Part shown: piece after piece, positions 34,401-52,796 of the stretch
Position numbering within the stretch: position 1 is the stretch's first letter
Layout: the number at the start of each line of letters is the position of its first letter
Assembly: GCA_964057225.1 (NCBI GenBank)
Contig: OZ059897.1
Coordinates: 12,710,001 to 12,774,000 of the forward strand
Origin: Auanema rhodensis
Lineage: Eukaryota; Animalia; Nematoda
DNA: 64,000 bases
Direction of reading: 5' to 3'
Made by a program: the position numbers and the translations under genes
Notes under the pieces: model-generated
Told to the model about the DNA's origin: nothing
Databases searched by the model: none
Seen by the model: only the letters and a program-made list of their open reading frames with translations

Positions 34401-35470
34401 GTATAAACGAGCACATCGATGTGGCTACTGAACAACGTTTTGATTAATTTAACGATATGGTGAGCCAGATGTGTCATCGATACAAGACGATTTCATTGAC
34501 TCATAATTTGCAATCTCCGAATTTCCGGGGATAAACGAAAGCAGAAGTGAAAATGAAAATTTTTAGGAAAACAAGTTCATGTAGATATGATGAAAGAACA
34601 CTAAGCTAGTGGCTATTGGCAATCTGATATCATTCTCAAGATTTAAAAGAGAAAAGTGATTTTAAATTTTAAAAAATTGAATAACCTTTGATTATTATGT
34701 TTAAAATCTTTGAAGTTGTTGACATTTTAAAATATTTTGTAAGCAAAAGAATACCTTTTGCACCGTTACATCTTTTGATCTCGTCATTTTACAACATTTA
34801 TTGTAATTTTATGTATTATATGAAGACAAATCTATAAAGAAATATAATAATCCTATATATTATATAATTTTTTTCTATTATATATCATTATAAAATTGAA
34901 ATAAATGTTTTTGTTCTTGTAATTATAATTAAAATCAACCAATTAAAGTAACTAGTCCAATTGATCCTTCTAAAATACATTGTAAAATAGAATGAGGAGG
35001 AGGCTAGAAGAACAAGAGGAGACACAACAGCCGCTGTTAGGGATAGATCAACCCACGCGACTCTTTCTTCTCTTTATCTTTCTATATCTCTCTTAACTAA
35101 TAACACTATTTTTATATTTTATCATTGAGCATCCTAAGCATTTCTACTTTTTCCATTCTATATCTTCATCTTCTTCTTTTTTTTTTCAAATAATTTAACA
35201 AAGATAAGTGATTATTGAACATTAAAGAAAATACCTAAAAAAGTATTAAAATATATTCTTATAATATAATATAATTAATTTTTGTAACAAATAAATTTAC
35301 ATATTAAATGAAAAGAAATAGTTGTACACTTCTAATCAATCTTATTGGATTGCATATGTTGTTTATCAGTTTAACTTGTTGGTAATCAATTCAATGTATA
35401 TAAATAATATATGAAAATAGGAATATTTTAATGAAAATTAATTAAATGTACAGAATAAGAAAACATTTTT

Positions 35471-38400
35471 TTAAAAGCATTTTCTATCAAAGAGATCGAT
35501 GCATAACTGATTTACAGCATCATGAACTGCTCCTTTCCCACAATTCATTTCAACAGATGATGATAAAGCATCAAAAAGTTTTTTTCTATAATAATATTAT
35601 ATAAATTAATAAAATATTTATTATATATATACCGTATTAGGCCTGTGCTTTGTTCTGTTAATGGTTTACTATCTTCAATTAACAAACATCGAAATGCTGA
35701 TAATTCACATAGAGGGAAGTTTGCAGGTTGCAATCGTATAAGATGAAGCCATTCATCTCTTAGAATAGTAGCACTAGGTTCATCTATTGATCCTAAATTA
35801 TTGAAATTGTTAATAAATTCAGTTGAATTAGATTTAAAACCTGCTGAATAAAAATAACAAAAATCAGATAAAAGTTGTGCCCTTTCTCTTATAGTATAGT
35901 TAGTAGCATTCTAAATTATGAATATACGAAATATATATTTTATATTAACTAGAAACAAACCAGATTAACTCTTTCTACAATTTCTCTCCAAGATTGAACA
36001 TCATAGTTAACACGGTAATAGTGTCCAAATCCTTTAAAGAATTAATTATTAAAATTATAAAAATAAAATAAAATTTATATTTTAATACCTAAATTAGCTA
36101 ATGCAAGTCCTTCTCTAACTGGTGCCAAATGAATTCCTTGGCTTAACATCAAGTAAACAGGTAATTTGAATTCAGTGAATTCGAGTGTTAATGGCCATAA
36201 TGTGGTTTTTTCATATTGTCCCAATCCTATAAGATATTCAGCTTATTCAAGCGTTAATTATTTAAACTTAAAAACCTTTTTCTATTGTACTATTATCTAA
36301 AATTTGTCTTATTTTTATTGAATTATTGAAACGATCAACTTGAATATTGGGTAATCCACCATGATCTCTCCAAAATTTCATAAGCTATAAACAATAAAAT
36401 GAATAAATATATATGTATAATATACATTAACTAACCATAGCTGGTCCAATATCATCATCAATTGTTACATTCATAAAGTTTTCAAGTATATTCATATCAA
36501 TAATACCTTTAGCTGAATGATATATCTAAATAATTAATTAATTTGATTTGATTAATTTGAAAAAATTGTATACCATTTGATTAACAGCTTTCATCATTTT
36601 AGCTTCACCTACAATAAATTCCAATGATTCAAGCATAGTAACACCTTTCAATCCACATCTTGCTTGAATCTAAATAGTTCTATGATATATAAAGAAAATT
36701 CAAATTATAAACTGACTTTATATTCATCAACTGGTTCAGATAATTGTAATGAAAATCCTGGTTCAAATAATCCTTCAGTTATACTAATCTATAAATAAAA
36801 TAATTTGTATTATATCTATCTAACTATCTATATACCTTAGCATAATGTGCTAATCTTATATGATCATCATTTGTCAATCTTCTAACTACTTTATATGCAA
36901 TATAAGATAGAAAATCTTCCTAAAAGTATAATTATTTTATTACAAAATAAATAATTTTAGAAATACAAACCTGTAAACATAAATTTCTTTCGTTATCAAT
37001 AGATACTAATCCACCAATCCAATGTCTAGCAATGATTTTGGCTAAGAAATATATTTGATTTTCATAATCAAATGATAGATATTGACCTTAAAAAAATAAA
37101 AATTAAATACTATACTATACTATATGTATATATTATACCTTCAGGTATTATAATAGTTCCAAATGAATTTGATAAAGCAACATTATTAATAATAACAAAA
37201 TCTAATTTAGGCATTGCCATAATTGATGAAAATAGTTGTCTTAAATATAATATATAATTTTAATTAAATATTATATTTATACCTTAAATTTGTTAAAATT
37301 TGAGTTGCTGTAGCTAGTAATTGCTTAGCTTGACCATATTGAACACGTAATTCATTATAATGAACTGTTAAGTTTACTCCAGTATATGTATTATGTATCT
37401 TAATTAATTAATTTTATAATTTAAATATATATTTTTATATTTACCGTTGTATATTCATGTGGTATAAGTGCTAATGACAATAGAGATGGAACAATAGGTG
37501 CTGATGGCCGAAATGTTGTAATCTAATATAATAAGAATATATTTTAACCAAATACATATAGTATATTATGTTTTTATATAATAAGTATAGAAAATCTTGT
37601 ATTACCTGCCAATTTTCATCAATTAATCGTTGGCTTTCAACTGGAGCTGAACTAAGTGCTAGCGTATCAACAGGATGAATAACTGACATAGCGAATGTTA
37701 CCTATAATTTCTTTTATTTTTTTTGAATTGCTTATAGTAATAAAAGTAAAAAGTTTATGATTTTTTAAGAATTACAAGTCAATATTACCTTCTGAGTACG
37801 TGGATGTAAAGTTGGAAATGCTGCAGCAGCTCGAGAAAATGAGGAACCAAAAATAGCATGTTCTCCAGCATCTCTAAATGATTAAAAAGATTTAAAATAA
37901 ATTTATGAAGATATTGTTACCTGTAGTAAATAGCTGTCCCTATAAATCCTTTATATCTACCAACACTTAAGGTATAACGTCCGACAAATAGAATTGGTTG
38001 AGCTACAGTAATCTACAATACGCATTGTAAGACAAACAATCAAAACTATATGATATAAGATACCTGCATTTCTGTTTCTGTTAGTTGAACGTTACTGATT
38101 TTAACTTCACTTCCATTATAAACTAATGAAACATTTTCAAAATGATCTAATCGATCAATTGAAAACTAAATTTAAAATTTTATACATAGATGATTCATAA
38201 AATTACATACAGATATTTGAGCTCCTCTAGCTTGATCTTCCTTAACTATAGGTGATAATGAACCAACTTCATTATTTATATCAAATTGTAATACAATATG
38301 TGCAGTAAAAAGTGGAATTGATGGTTCTGTCATCTAAGATTTTCAAATTAATAAGATAAAATATAAAACTTCATTATCTCATTTACCTCAGATAATGGTA

Positions 38401-38542
38401 ATTGCAATTGCAAATCATAAGTTAATGGAAGTATTGTAGGTAATTCATTTGTTGGATGTTTATGTGGAGTTGAAAAATATTTTTTTAAATCTCCTTGAAC
38501 AGGATATATTGAAATAAGTACTATTGATAGCCAAAGTATCAT
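35471..38542 (-). CDS. Secreted M1 (aminopeptidase N-like) family homologue, predicted non-catalytic, about 700 aa, 19 exons
   Basis: Signal peptide MILWLSIVLISIYPVQG. M1-like segments: ELPTILPLTYDLQL, AAAFPTL..KVTFAMSVIHP..ALSS, MPKLDFV, AKIIARHWIGGLVS..LCLQEDF, KGVTMLESLEFIVG, FWRDHGGLPNIQV, ANLGFGHYYRVNYD, ERAQLLSDF. Stop TAA 35471-35473. Confidence 0.8.
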
Positions 38543-40368
38543 CTATACTATCTCAAGCAGTAACTGTATTTTACTAACGCAATATCTTAAATAATATGGA
38601 AATTATTCATTAAAAAAAGAAAAGTTTAAGGTTAAGAAGCAAATGAATCAAGATAACTCGACCAAATTCGAGCCAAAAGGTCAGAAAGAAGACGTGAAAA
38701 GCGGCCAAAAGCCGGATTTATTCTCAATATTTGCACGAACGTTGGATTATCTGACCATAAGAAGAAGCGATCGTATTGATAAAGTTGTGCTTCTTCTACT
38801 TGAAGAAAAGAAAGGAAACGAAGAAGAAATGATAGTTATATCACATAAATAATAAAAAGTTTGGTAAATAGGAAATAGTTCTGCTTTATAACTGAGACAC
38901 ATCAGGCATACCAACTGTAGAAGCTATTCCCTCACCGTTCAATCACATTAATGTCACTATCATGTTGGATGTGAGCGGTAGGTACTGCAAACTAGACGGA
39001 CCGTGATAATCTCAAAGAAAAAAAAATAGAAGTCAAATGATATGAGAGGAACGAAGAAAATGAAGAATACATAAGTACAAGACGATAGATGGGTCAGAAG
39101 ACTAACGGATGACTATTTGCCCTTATATGAAAAGCCATCAGGTAACCTGATCCAAATAAGGTCATTGAGATGTCGGACATAGTATACATAGTATATTAAA
39201 AGCATCAAAGCAGATTGTGTAAAGATAGTATTGGCATAGATATACATATATAATATTTAAGTTGTTATAGTAGTCATTGATCTGATTCTATATCTTCTTT
39301 ATATAATTTAAAGTTATTAATTAACTGTGATAATTAACATATAGTTTATATAGTTTATATAATATATTTCATTAATATGTTTTATTAAATTTCAAAAAAA
39401 AAAAAGAATTTCTAATATAAATTCGATCTTCTTATTTGTTATTCTTTGTCTTTGTAATGAAATGTATAATATTACTTCTCTTGCATACTATATATTGGAA
39501 AGGAGTTTTAATCTTGAATAAACGAAAATACAACCATCTTTGTGCATCATCGCCCAAGAAATGAATATTGAATTATGCTGATTTTACGTAATAATATGAA
39601 TGTGTACATTTAGATATTTCGATGATTTTGTATAAATTATTGTATTATTTTATATGTTCTTAGTTAATAATATAGTATATTTATATATTATTTTTAAAAA
39701 TTAAAAATATATCATGACGTCACTAACCTTTATTAAATAAATTATATATTATATGAAAAAATACAATACATATTCAGGTTGATCTACAACACTACTATAG
39801 TTATAAGTTATATAATATTACAAATATTATAAACTTTAAACTATATGATTATAGCTTTTCTTTGGTTGATATTTACATTTCTAAACCTATCTGCTGGTTG
39901 GATGAGGAAAAACATTCATGTTCATAGGTTCTAATAAAATAAATTACTACACTGTTATTATAAATTAAAGTTAAGGAAATATTGAGAAGAAGAAAGATTG
40001 AAGAGAAGAAAAATGAATTGCAGCGCTAAACTGAAAAGTAGAGCACAACGAAGCCAACTAGATTAACATGCTCCCCCAAACGAGGATGGCATTTTATTTC
40101 TTTTTCTTTTTAAAAAGAAACAAAATAAGTTTTTTTCCATTAAAATGCTCTAATATTATCAAAAACAAGTGATGAAAAGTGAGTTTTAGAAGAATATATT
40201 AAGCCAGTTGAACTAAGCTTTGGAAATTATGTTCAAGCAACTTCAGACTAGAAAAGTTAAACAGCATTAAAGTTGGAATGTTGAGTTTTTGCTTTTAATT
40301 TTTCTCAAAAATTAGTTTAGCTAGAAAAGATATCTGATTTTGCGTAGTGTGGAGAAGTGAGAAGGAGC

Positions 40369-44109
<3,741 letters not shown>

Positions 44110-46543
44110 CTAAAAAGGAAATATAAGTTTTAACACATAATCAATATTAAATGTATAATATTGATAAGGAATGAAAGCAAAAAAGACAGAATGAAGCAAA
44201 AGGAAATTAAAACTGCAAGCCGTATTGAATGAATGAAATCGTTTTATTTTTATTCTTTCTTCATAAAAAGGACATCATGATAATATTCTATGAGATGAAT
44301 AAAAAACAAAGTATTTGTTGTAGTTCTGCTGTTGAAATTTGAAATTTCTATGAATATCTTGGAATATATTTGAATTTCAGGGGCAAAAGCATGCTTAAAG
44401 TGCGATTATGTTTCGGTTGTCCAGGACTACACAAATGGAAGAGCTAATTCAAGTGATTTATTTATGTTGAAAAATGTATTTTGGACATATAAAAGAAAAA
44501 AAATATAAATATATTCAGAAGGTACATAGAATCTAGGCAAGTTAGTCAGTATTTTCGGGGAACGTTGTCGTCTTCCACATCGACCAGCCAAGCCTCAGAA
44601 GCCTAGGAGAAGAGAGAAGGCATTCAATGCCAAAAGAAAAGAAGCAAGAAGATTGCGGAGAAAAAGGGAGAGATAGAGCGTGCGAGAGACAAGAAAACGA
44701 GGTAAGAAGTTCGTAACGAGGAATAGAAGCAAGAGATTGAATGCCCGAGGGCAGAGAAAATGAGGAGGTAAAAGCAGAAAATATATAACTGAATAGAGTG
44801 AGAGAGTCAAGAGACAAAAATCGGCTAAGCAGGAGAATGTAAAATATAGAATGAAGACGAAGAAGGATGAAAGAGATTTAGAAGAGATGCCGAGAGAAGT
44901 AAGAGAGGCTGAGTAAAAAAGAAGAAAACCGAAATTCGACTAGTGCTTGCGGTCGAGCAAGAGACTCAGAGATGAAGAAGGAGAGAGGGCGAGATAGGAT
45001 CGAGCGACCCTTCCAAACCTCTGTATGCTTTCCATTTGGAAGCATTGCTCATGTATGGCAACGATCGATAAGCTTCCTCGTACTCGCTTCGTTTAGGCCC
45101 CAGTGCTCCTCCCACAAGGCCCTCCAGGCGTGGACGACAAGGCTTCAATAGCTGCAGGATCCCGAAATGAGAAAGTTGTCTCTCTCTCTCTTTCTTTCAC
45201 TCTTCTTTTATCTCTCTCATTTCTCTTACCATTCTCTTCGCTCTCTGGCATTTCACTAGTCATCCTTCCTCTCTATTCTTCTAGTCTTCGCTTATATTTT
45301 CTTATTTTCCTATTCTGAGAAGAAAGTCATTGCGTTACAAGCCTGCTTCTTCAAGATTTACGCAGACCACCCATGTTTATAGCTAAATTTAATTTAGGAT
45401 AGAGTGCTTATTATTTCTTTTTTTTTGTGAAAGAAACGATAAATGGCTTGCAAATCTATAAATTAGGTATTGAATAATATACTATAGACAATCTCATTTC
45501 AATTTCTCATAATAAAAAAAATGATTTCTTGAAGAATTTAAATTTTCTGGGAACATATTTTCTAAAATGAAATGAGTCTACGTATGCTGCTTCTTTTACT
45601 AAAATCAATTTAAGAAAACGATGTAAGGAATAATGGATAGGCTTTAAAGAAGTCAGAATAAATGCCCCAAGAGCAGTAAAGCAAAAAATGAAAAAAGGGG
45701 GGGGGGGAGGAATGAGTAGAAGTCGGATGAAGCCATGGAAGGAAGCAAAACGGAACAAAAAGAACAGATGAATAATACGGGAGCCGAGAGGAAATTAGTT
45801 GAGGGACACGAGGTAAATTGCCGGCAACATACTACTCTTACAAGATACATGCTAAGCTTGAAACGTAAAATGAGGACAAGTTTATTGCTTCATAGGTATA
45901 TATTTAAACGGATATAGATTGCTATATATGGCTCCAACGTTTATGAATTTGCCAATTTCTGAGTATACATGATTAAGCTGGTACAGCATGAAGTGTTCGA
46001 ACATCAATATGACAAAGAAGAAGAGGATAAATATGTCAAAAGAGGAGAAAGGGGGAAAGTGAGAAGAGCAGATTCATAGAAGCTTAGCACTGAAAGCCTA
46101 TATATGGTTGAAATGGTGAGGTTTTCCAGAAGCAGTAAGTTGGTTTCATGTCTCTTGGGGCTGGGGAAGGGAGGTTGGATGTCTGAAACGAATGTAAAGA
46201 TAACGGCAGAGAAGTAGAGAGGAAGAGAGAGAGAATAAAAGTAAATGTATGTTTGCATCAGGGTGTGTTAAGAGGGAGCTAGATGCTGAGAAAGAGATTA
46301 AATCAGAATATTTTTGTCCCGTGAAAAACGTAAATCTCAACTTGATACTCACCAGTCAAAAGCTGATATAGTTTTTGAAATTAGTCAAAAAAGGTCAATA
46401 ACTATCGTATATGTGCATGAGAATATTAATAAACATATGAATGTATATACATGCAGATGTATAGTAGTGAATGTTTTCTATTATAAAGTTATAAAAAAAT
46501 ATAAAAAAGTATATCTATACATATATGTACATCTGTTATTGGC

Positions 46544-46549
46544 AGAGAG

Positions 46550-46594
<45 letters not shown>

Positions 46595-46617
46595 GAGAGA
46601 GAGAGAGAAAGAGAGAG

Positions 46618-46660
<43 letters not shown>

Positions 46661-46699
46661 AAAAAGAGAGATAGAGAGAGAGAGAGAGAGAGGAAGAGA
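46544..46699 (+). repeat. Interrupted (GA)n microsatellite
   Basis: About 155 nt of almost pure GA repeat with short A runs; it produces the spurious ER/SL ORFs in the track. Confidence 0.95.
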
Positions 46700-48368
46700 G
46701 CTGAACCATATATTCATATCTAAGCATGAACATCGAGGAGATAATCCCCCCAAAAGCCATAGATGCACATATCGAGTGGAAAATCAATTTTAATACATGA
46801 TAAGATGATCCAAAACCTCTTTCCTTTGCTCTTTCCGATAGAAAAATTTCATCTATTAAGGTTTTTTGATGGAAATATAATGTGCTAATGTATTTTTCGA
46901 GCAAAAAAAGAAAAGAAGAATGTATATATCCCATATTCGTCTAATGAAGTGCAAATTGATTGACGTGTTTCAATAGATTTTAGCTTCTCAATTTCCAAGC
47001 CATATCAACTAAAGTTTATAAATATTTCAAAAAAAATGTAAAAAGATACGTACATGCATAGTATCTATACTCATAGTAAGCAAAATTATATATGTTCTGC
47101 AGATGAAAAAAAGTACACACATGTATGTATGTATACTGAAAATACGTATTAAGAGAAGCAACATGAAGCACTGAATTTTCTTATAAATTTAAGATCTTGG
47201 ATTTATATGTTATACGGTGGAAATTTCTTCTAAAATTTTCAAAAACAAATTTTAATTTTTCCAAGTCAATGAATTTTTGATTAGAGAATCAAAACATAAA
47301 TTAACAAATATCACACAAGAGTACGCTTGAGAAGTAGGTAATATTATTTTTCTTGGGAAAAAACGTTACAGAAAAAGAGCGAAAATCAAGCAAATAAACC
47401 GTAGCAGAAGAATTTCAAATAAAGAAATACAAGCTTGATATATCGAAACGATCAGTAACTAGCGATTCTCACCGTTTTCCGAGTTTCGTTGCTCTTTCTA
47501 CAGTCACAACATTGACATTTAGTTTCTGATTGCGAAAGCATCTTCTTTTTACTGAAAGTTTTGATGGATTTCCGTGATGTAGCCATGGGATTCAAGTTTT
47601 GACTAGGAAGGTGATATTCATGTTTTTTTGAAGTCTCATCTCATGAATATCAATATAACCATGAAACGTGGGAGAACATTGAAAATCTGTTTTTTAATAT
47701 TTTTGACATTATGAGCTTCAAATCATACATTTTTTTTTGTTGGAAAAATAAAATAAAACGAATATTATAGACAACAAAATAAAAATATTCAAAAAGTACA
47801 TATTAGTAGTAAATATTCTCACTCATTATTTAATTTTTCAATGAATATATTCAGAAAAAACATTCACAAACATTATCAAAAATTATACATTTTTTCAAGG
47901 GAAATAGAAAAAGACTTACATCTGCAGAAAATAAGCGTCTGACATATACACCATTCATATGATATTCAAATCCTTCAACATCCACAAACATTTTTATTCT
48001 TAATAAAAATGTAGAAATATAAAAAATAATGATACAACCTAATATGAAAAAAATCATTTGCATCATATTTGTGGAAAGATTTGCAATAATCCTCTGCCGT
48101 ACTATAGATTTGACCTGATTACAAGAGTTCATCACATCTTTTATATTATATTTTACATTTTGTTACAAAATAATTGAAAACTGCAATACTTCTGAGAAGA
48201 ATATTTCATGTTATTATATAGTTTAACATAAATAATTATTTTACTTATATAATTAATGACTTCAATTGGATGCTGCTTTGGCACGTTTTCTTAGAGTAAC
48301 AAATTCATTAATGCAAAACCATTATAGAAATAAACAACAACATAAGTTTAAGAACAGATTTTTAAAAA

Positions 48369-51300
48369 TTAAGCAGGATTAGCATTCCATTTTCTATTAT
48401 TAGCTTCAACTACTGATATAACACTATTAACTGTTGGACCACTTGGATGCTCATCTTCATACAAGATAGTTCTTACTCCATAACCATTTTCCACTGAAAT
48501 TTTTGATAATTTAACTTAATTCTATTTAAAACACTTACAGCTATTTTGCCAAACCCATATAGAAGTCATAGGTATATCACATTTTCCGGAGGGATATACT
48601 GTATCAGTAAATGAGGACCAAACATTATTTTTCTTTTCTTTTTGATAACTACAATTTGGTTTCAAATTAATATTGCAACATTTTTTCAAAGCTTACAATT
48701 CAGCTTCAGATCGACTTCCAACTTCTTTAGTATATCCATAACATGATTTTGAACTCATCGACCAATTCATAGTCCAATGTGCTAAAAAGAACAAAAATGA
48801 AGGCACACAATACCCAAACTAACATTTAATAATTCTACTAAATCGGATTCCCTCGCACTTGAAATAAAAACCATTTTCTTTGAAATACGGTACATCTTCA
48901 AATGATTCTTTACGAACTGTTACAGTATCGGCCATCTAAAAGGTAATTGTTGAAAGTACATTTTAAAACTGGTATAAATCATACAGCTCTTATATCTTTC
49001 AATTTCCAGAGAACAGCACAGTGTAATAAAGCTGGCTTGATTTCTCTTCTTTTAGCTCCCTTTCCTTCTGTTATTACTGGTACAACCTGAATAGTTAATT
49101 AACATTATTTCAAACCTATATTCATGAATATATCACCAATTTTAAAGCTTTGCAGAATTTGTTTATGGCCTGAATTCGATGCTCATATGATAAGTGATTG
49201 ATATTATCGCCAGCGAGTAAAGCAGCATCTAATATTCTTAAAGCCTGAATCTTTTGTGTCTTATCCAAGCTACCCTAAAATATCAAACTATGGAAAGGTT
49301 TCAGATATATTAAATCTCACATCATTATCACGATAAGCCTCTGTTTCTTCTACAAGTAAAATAGAGTTAACAGGTATTCTATAAGTTGATTTGTCCATAT
49401 GATTCCAAGTATTGGAAGTGTACATAAACAATCCTTTCTATAAACATTTGAATAACCCTTATTAAATATAATAAATAACCAACAGCACATGAAGCTATAA
49501 GTTTCTTTTGTCGTCCTTTTATTTCTTTTGTTGTCCTAGTAGCACAAACAAAGTTACAAGCATATTCAGCTTGGGTAATTTGTTTTTCAAGGGCATCGCT
49601 TAAACATTTAATGTTGAATACTGGTACGTTACTATTAAAATCGACACTCATTGGATTCTGAATATAAAAAATTATTTTTCTTTACTAATACCCTATTATT
49701 ACAGTGAAAAGGGTTCCAACTAAGGCAGCAGGGTTCAATTCTGTTATGTCATTATCGTTGTTATATGATCCACGTTGACCACGTCCTTTTTTATTTTTAT
49801 TAGGAACCATCCAATATTCCAAACAATCATTTCTCAATTTACTCTGAAGAAATAACAATATATGATTATAAAACAGGTAAAATATTAAACCTGATCCCTA
49901 TCAATTTGATTGTGATTACGAGCAAAACTCAAATACTTATTAAGATATACCGTTTGACGGACAGCTAACCTAAACAAATTTCAATTATTTATTTTATATA
50001 CGATATACTTACTTTTCATTATGATCGATAAAATAACTAAGGAATTTTTCATCGCTTTTTATGATTTCCAGAGGAACTAGACCCATAACATCTTCTCTCT
50101 GGGGCTCTCCATTTTCCCAGAATTTTTGCATTTTTCTATTTACTCTAAATTAATAAAAAAAGATTATCAGAAACAAATCAAATCCTTGCCTTTTAAGATA
50201 ATCTCTGACTACATCAGAGTATTCTTTACGTAATCCTTTACATATAATATATCTATAAGCATACGATCATACCTTGAACTCAGGGAAACGAAACCTTTCT
50301 GAATTAGCTGGGCGACTTGTGTGAGGCTTATGTAAGCACACTTGATCATAACAAACATACATGAGATATAACAAACCAGCACTAAATAAAAACCTGTAAA
50401 TCATATTGACAAGTACAAATTTACCTGAATGGAGTGAAAAGATCAAATAATTTACAGAAAAAATTTCCTCCTTCTCGGACGATACACAAGGAAACTAATA
50501 ACTGACAGAGATAAATGCGTTTGCTGAGAATTTCCTGTAAAATAATACATAAGAACTTGTTAATGCTAATAACCAAACCTGAATATTTTCCCGCTTTGTG
50601 ACACTAAATCCTCCGTCAGCCATCATAAGGTGAACACCAACACCGTCAGTACCTATTAAGAATACGCTATAATATTCAATGAATTGAGTCACCAAAAACC
50701 TTTGCTTATGAAATCTTGTAAAGTTTCGATGTTATCAGGATTAGTAACGTCTCCGTCATTTTTCGCACCATAGTAAGGCTCAAATAAATAAGATGATGAA
50801 GCTTGAAAATTCCACAATTTGAAATCATCATTTCCTGTAATTTCTCCATTACTTTAAACATATCTTATAAATAGAAAAACCTCTTAAAGTGAATCCAAAA
50901 CCTTTAGAATTGTAGAATCCTTTTCTCCAAAGCATATACTCTGAGAAACCTCCAGGTCCTAACAAACAAAACAAAAATAAATGAAAATATGAATTGATAA
51001 CCTGCACAAACATCAGCAAAATAGAATAAATCCTTGGAACGCTCCAAATCGTTAATACCTTTATCGGTTGGATTTTTATACGGGTTTTTCAGCTAAAAAA
51101 TAAAAATTTAAAAGCATATTTTTTGTAACATTACAATTCTTCTTTTTTCATCAGTTTCTCCACTGAAAATCCAATCAAACACTCTGTCCATATTAGCTGT
51201 TTTCATAGCAGCTCTGATAAAAAATAATAAACAGTTCTTGAAGAGTTATAAAGAAACCTGTTCATGAAAAAAGCGCAACCGATTGTTTCGTAAGGATTGG

Positions 51301-52346
51301 CTCTAGTTCTTGCCTCACGAAGTTCACGATCGGAAAGGTTATCAAAAACCTTAATATTATTGTATTTAACGAAGGATGATCGACCAACTTACATCTTTCG
51401 CTTTGAGCATTTTATTCAGAAGCTCTATATCACAAAATTCAGCTTCGTCTTCAATTGTATATTTAGGAGTAGATACTTGTATCCAATTGTCAGAAGAACA
51501 ATTTTCTATAGCTCTTTCTCTAAAAAGATACAGTTGGCTAATTTGAACCAATAAGCAAGAAACCTGGACTCTATATCACATGGCTCACACCATAACACTT
51601 TTTCTTCAATTGTTTTGTCTTCTATTTCGTCGTTCCATATTTCATTCATATCACGACCAAGAACTTTAGTAGTTTCGTGACCAAGACCAGCGCGTCCTTT
51701 CTGTTTCGACATTTCTACTGGTTCTGTTCTTCCTTGGCCAGATTTACCAAGACCAGCTCCTTTTTGATAACCTTGCTTTTGAAGAAGTTTCCAACCGATC
51801 CCTTGTTCCTGAGAAAACTAAAATTTAAAAAATCAGTAAGAATTAACCAACATTCTTTGAAGTTTTGGTAGGTAACACTTCATCATCTGAACTATCGTCC
51901 AACGTCTCCATTTTCCGTTTAGGAGCTTAACACCAACAGAATAAACAACATTATCAAATCAGTCATACCTCTTGATCCAAACTCTTCTCGATCCTCTTGA
52001 AGTTGTTCAGCAGTATCAGCATGACGAAGACGTCTCAGATGATCGATACCTCGTTGCATAGGATCACCCGAAGGCTATAATATTGAACAGCTTAGTAAAA
52101 GTTACTATTGGTACCCTACCTGTGCATAGCTATTTGAAAACCCGGCATGACTAACTAAAACAACAAACAGTTTTTACTTATTGTAAAAAGAAAAACAGAT
52201 AAAATATGAGAAACTAACTATTCGTCCGATTTTTTGGTACAGACTCTTCATCAGTACTACTATCATCCAAAGTTCTTTTTCTTGTATTTCGAGAATACTA
52301 AGCAAACAATTAGTTTTGTGTAACAATACAAAAAACTTACATCCAT
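48369..52346 (-). CDS. cmtr-1: Cap-specific mRNA (nucleoside-2'-O)-methyltransferase 1 (CMTR1/FTSJD2), many exons
   Basis: Starts MD|[20 protein letters not shown]-patch [35 protein letters not shown]. FtsJ-type domain with [95 protein letters not shown]. Stop TAA 48369-48371. Confidence 0.92.
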
Positions 52347-52377
52347 ATTCTCTCTTTTTATTCAAATTTGAGTAAAT

Positions 52378-52384
52378 CTGAAAA
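52378..52384 (-). promoter_or_regulatory. Putative spliced-leader trans-splice acceptor (TTTTCAG) 31 nt upstream of the cmtr-1 ATG
   Basis: Consensus nematode acceptor with no obvious upstream coding exon. Confidence 0.5.
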
Positions 52385-52796
52385 CAGGAGTTAATTAACT
52401 TAAAGAAATATGCAATAAATAAGAAAATGCTATTCAATAAAAACAACATTGCTTATTTGTCATTAGAGCGCTTTTCAAACTATGTCGCTGGCCTAGTTTT
52501 TCAATATAATTAAAACCAAATATCTAATGAAGATAAATATTATAAATTTATTTATAATTGCTGTGAATATTGCTATATCACTGTAATATAATCATTCTCA
52601 TTCTAGTATATATTTAATAAAATATACTGTTTAAAGAATTATTTGAAAACATTATAATATATATCCCCTTTTATGTATGATTTTAATATGACTCTCTTTC
52701 TTAAATTAAGATAAAATGTTTTTGTGGTTCGTTTTTAATTAAAAAAAGTAGCATATGGTTTATGCTCAAAGCCACTATGGCACTCCTTGAACTGTT

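Noticed and set aside
46314-46934. ER-rich and SL-rich ORFs
   Set aside because: Translations of the GA microsatellite.
51809-51851. Apparent 30-nt intron in cmtr-1
   Set aside because: The G-patch frame requires the 43-nt intron (AAT|gttggt...ctcag|GAA), which is normal here.
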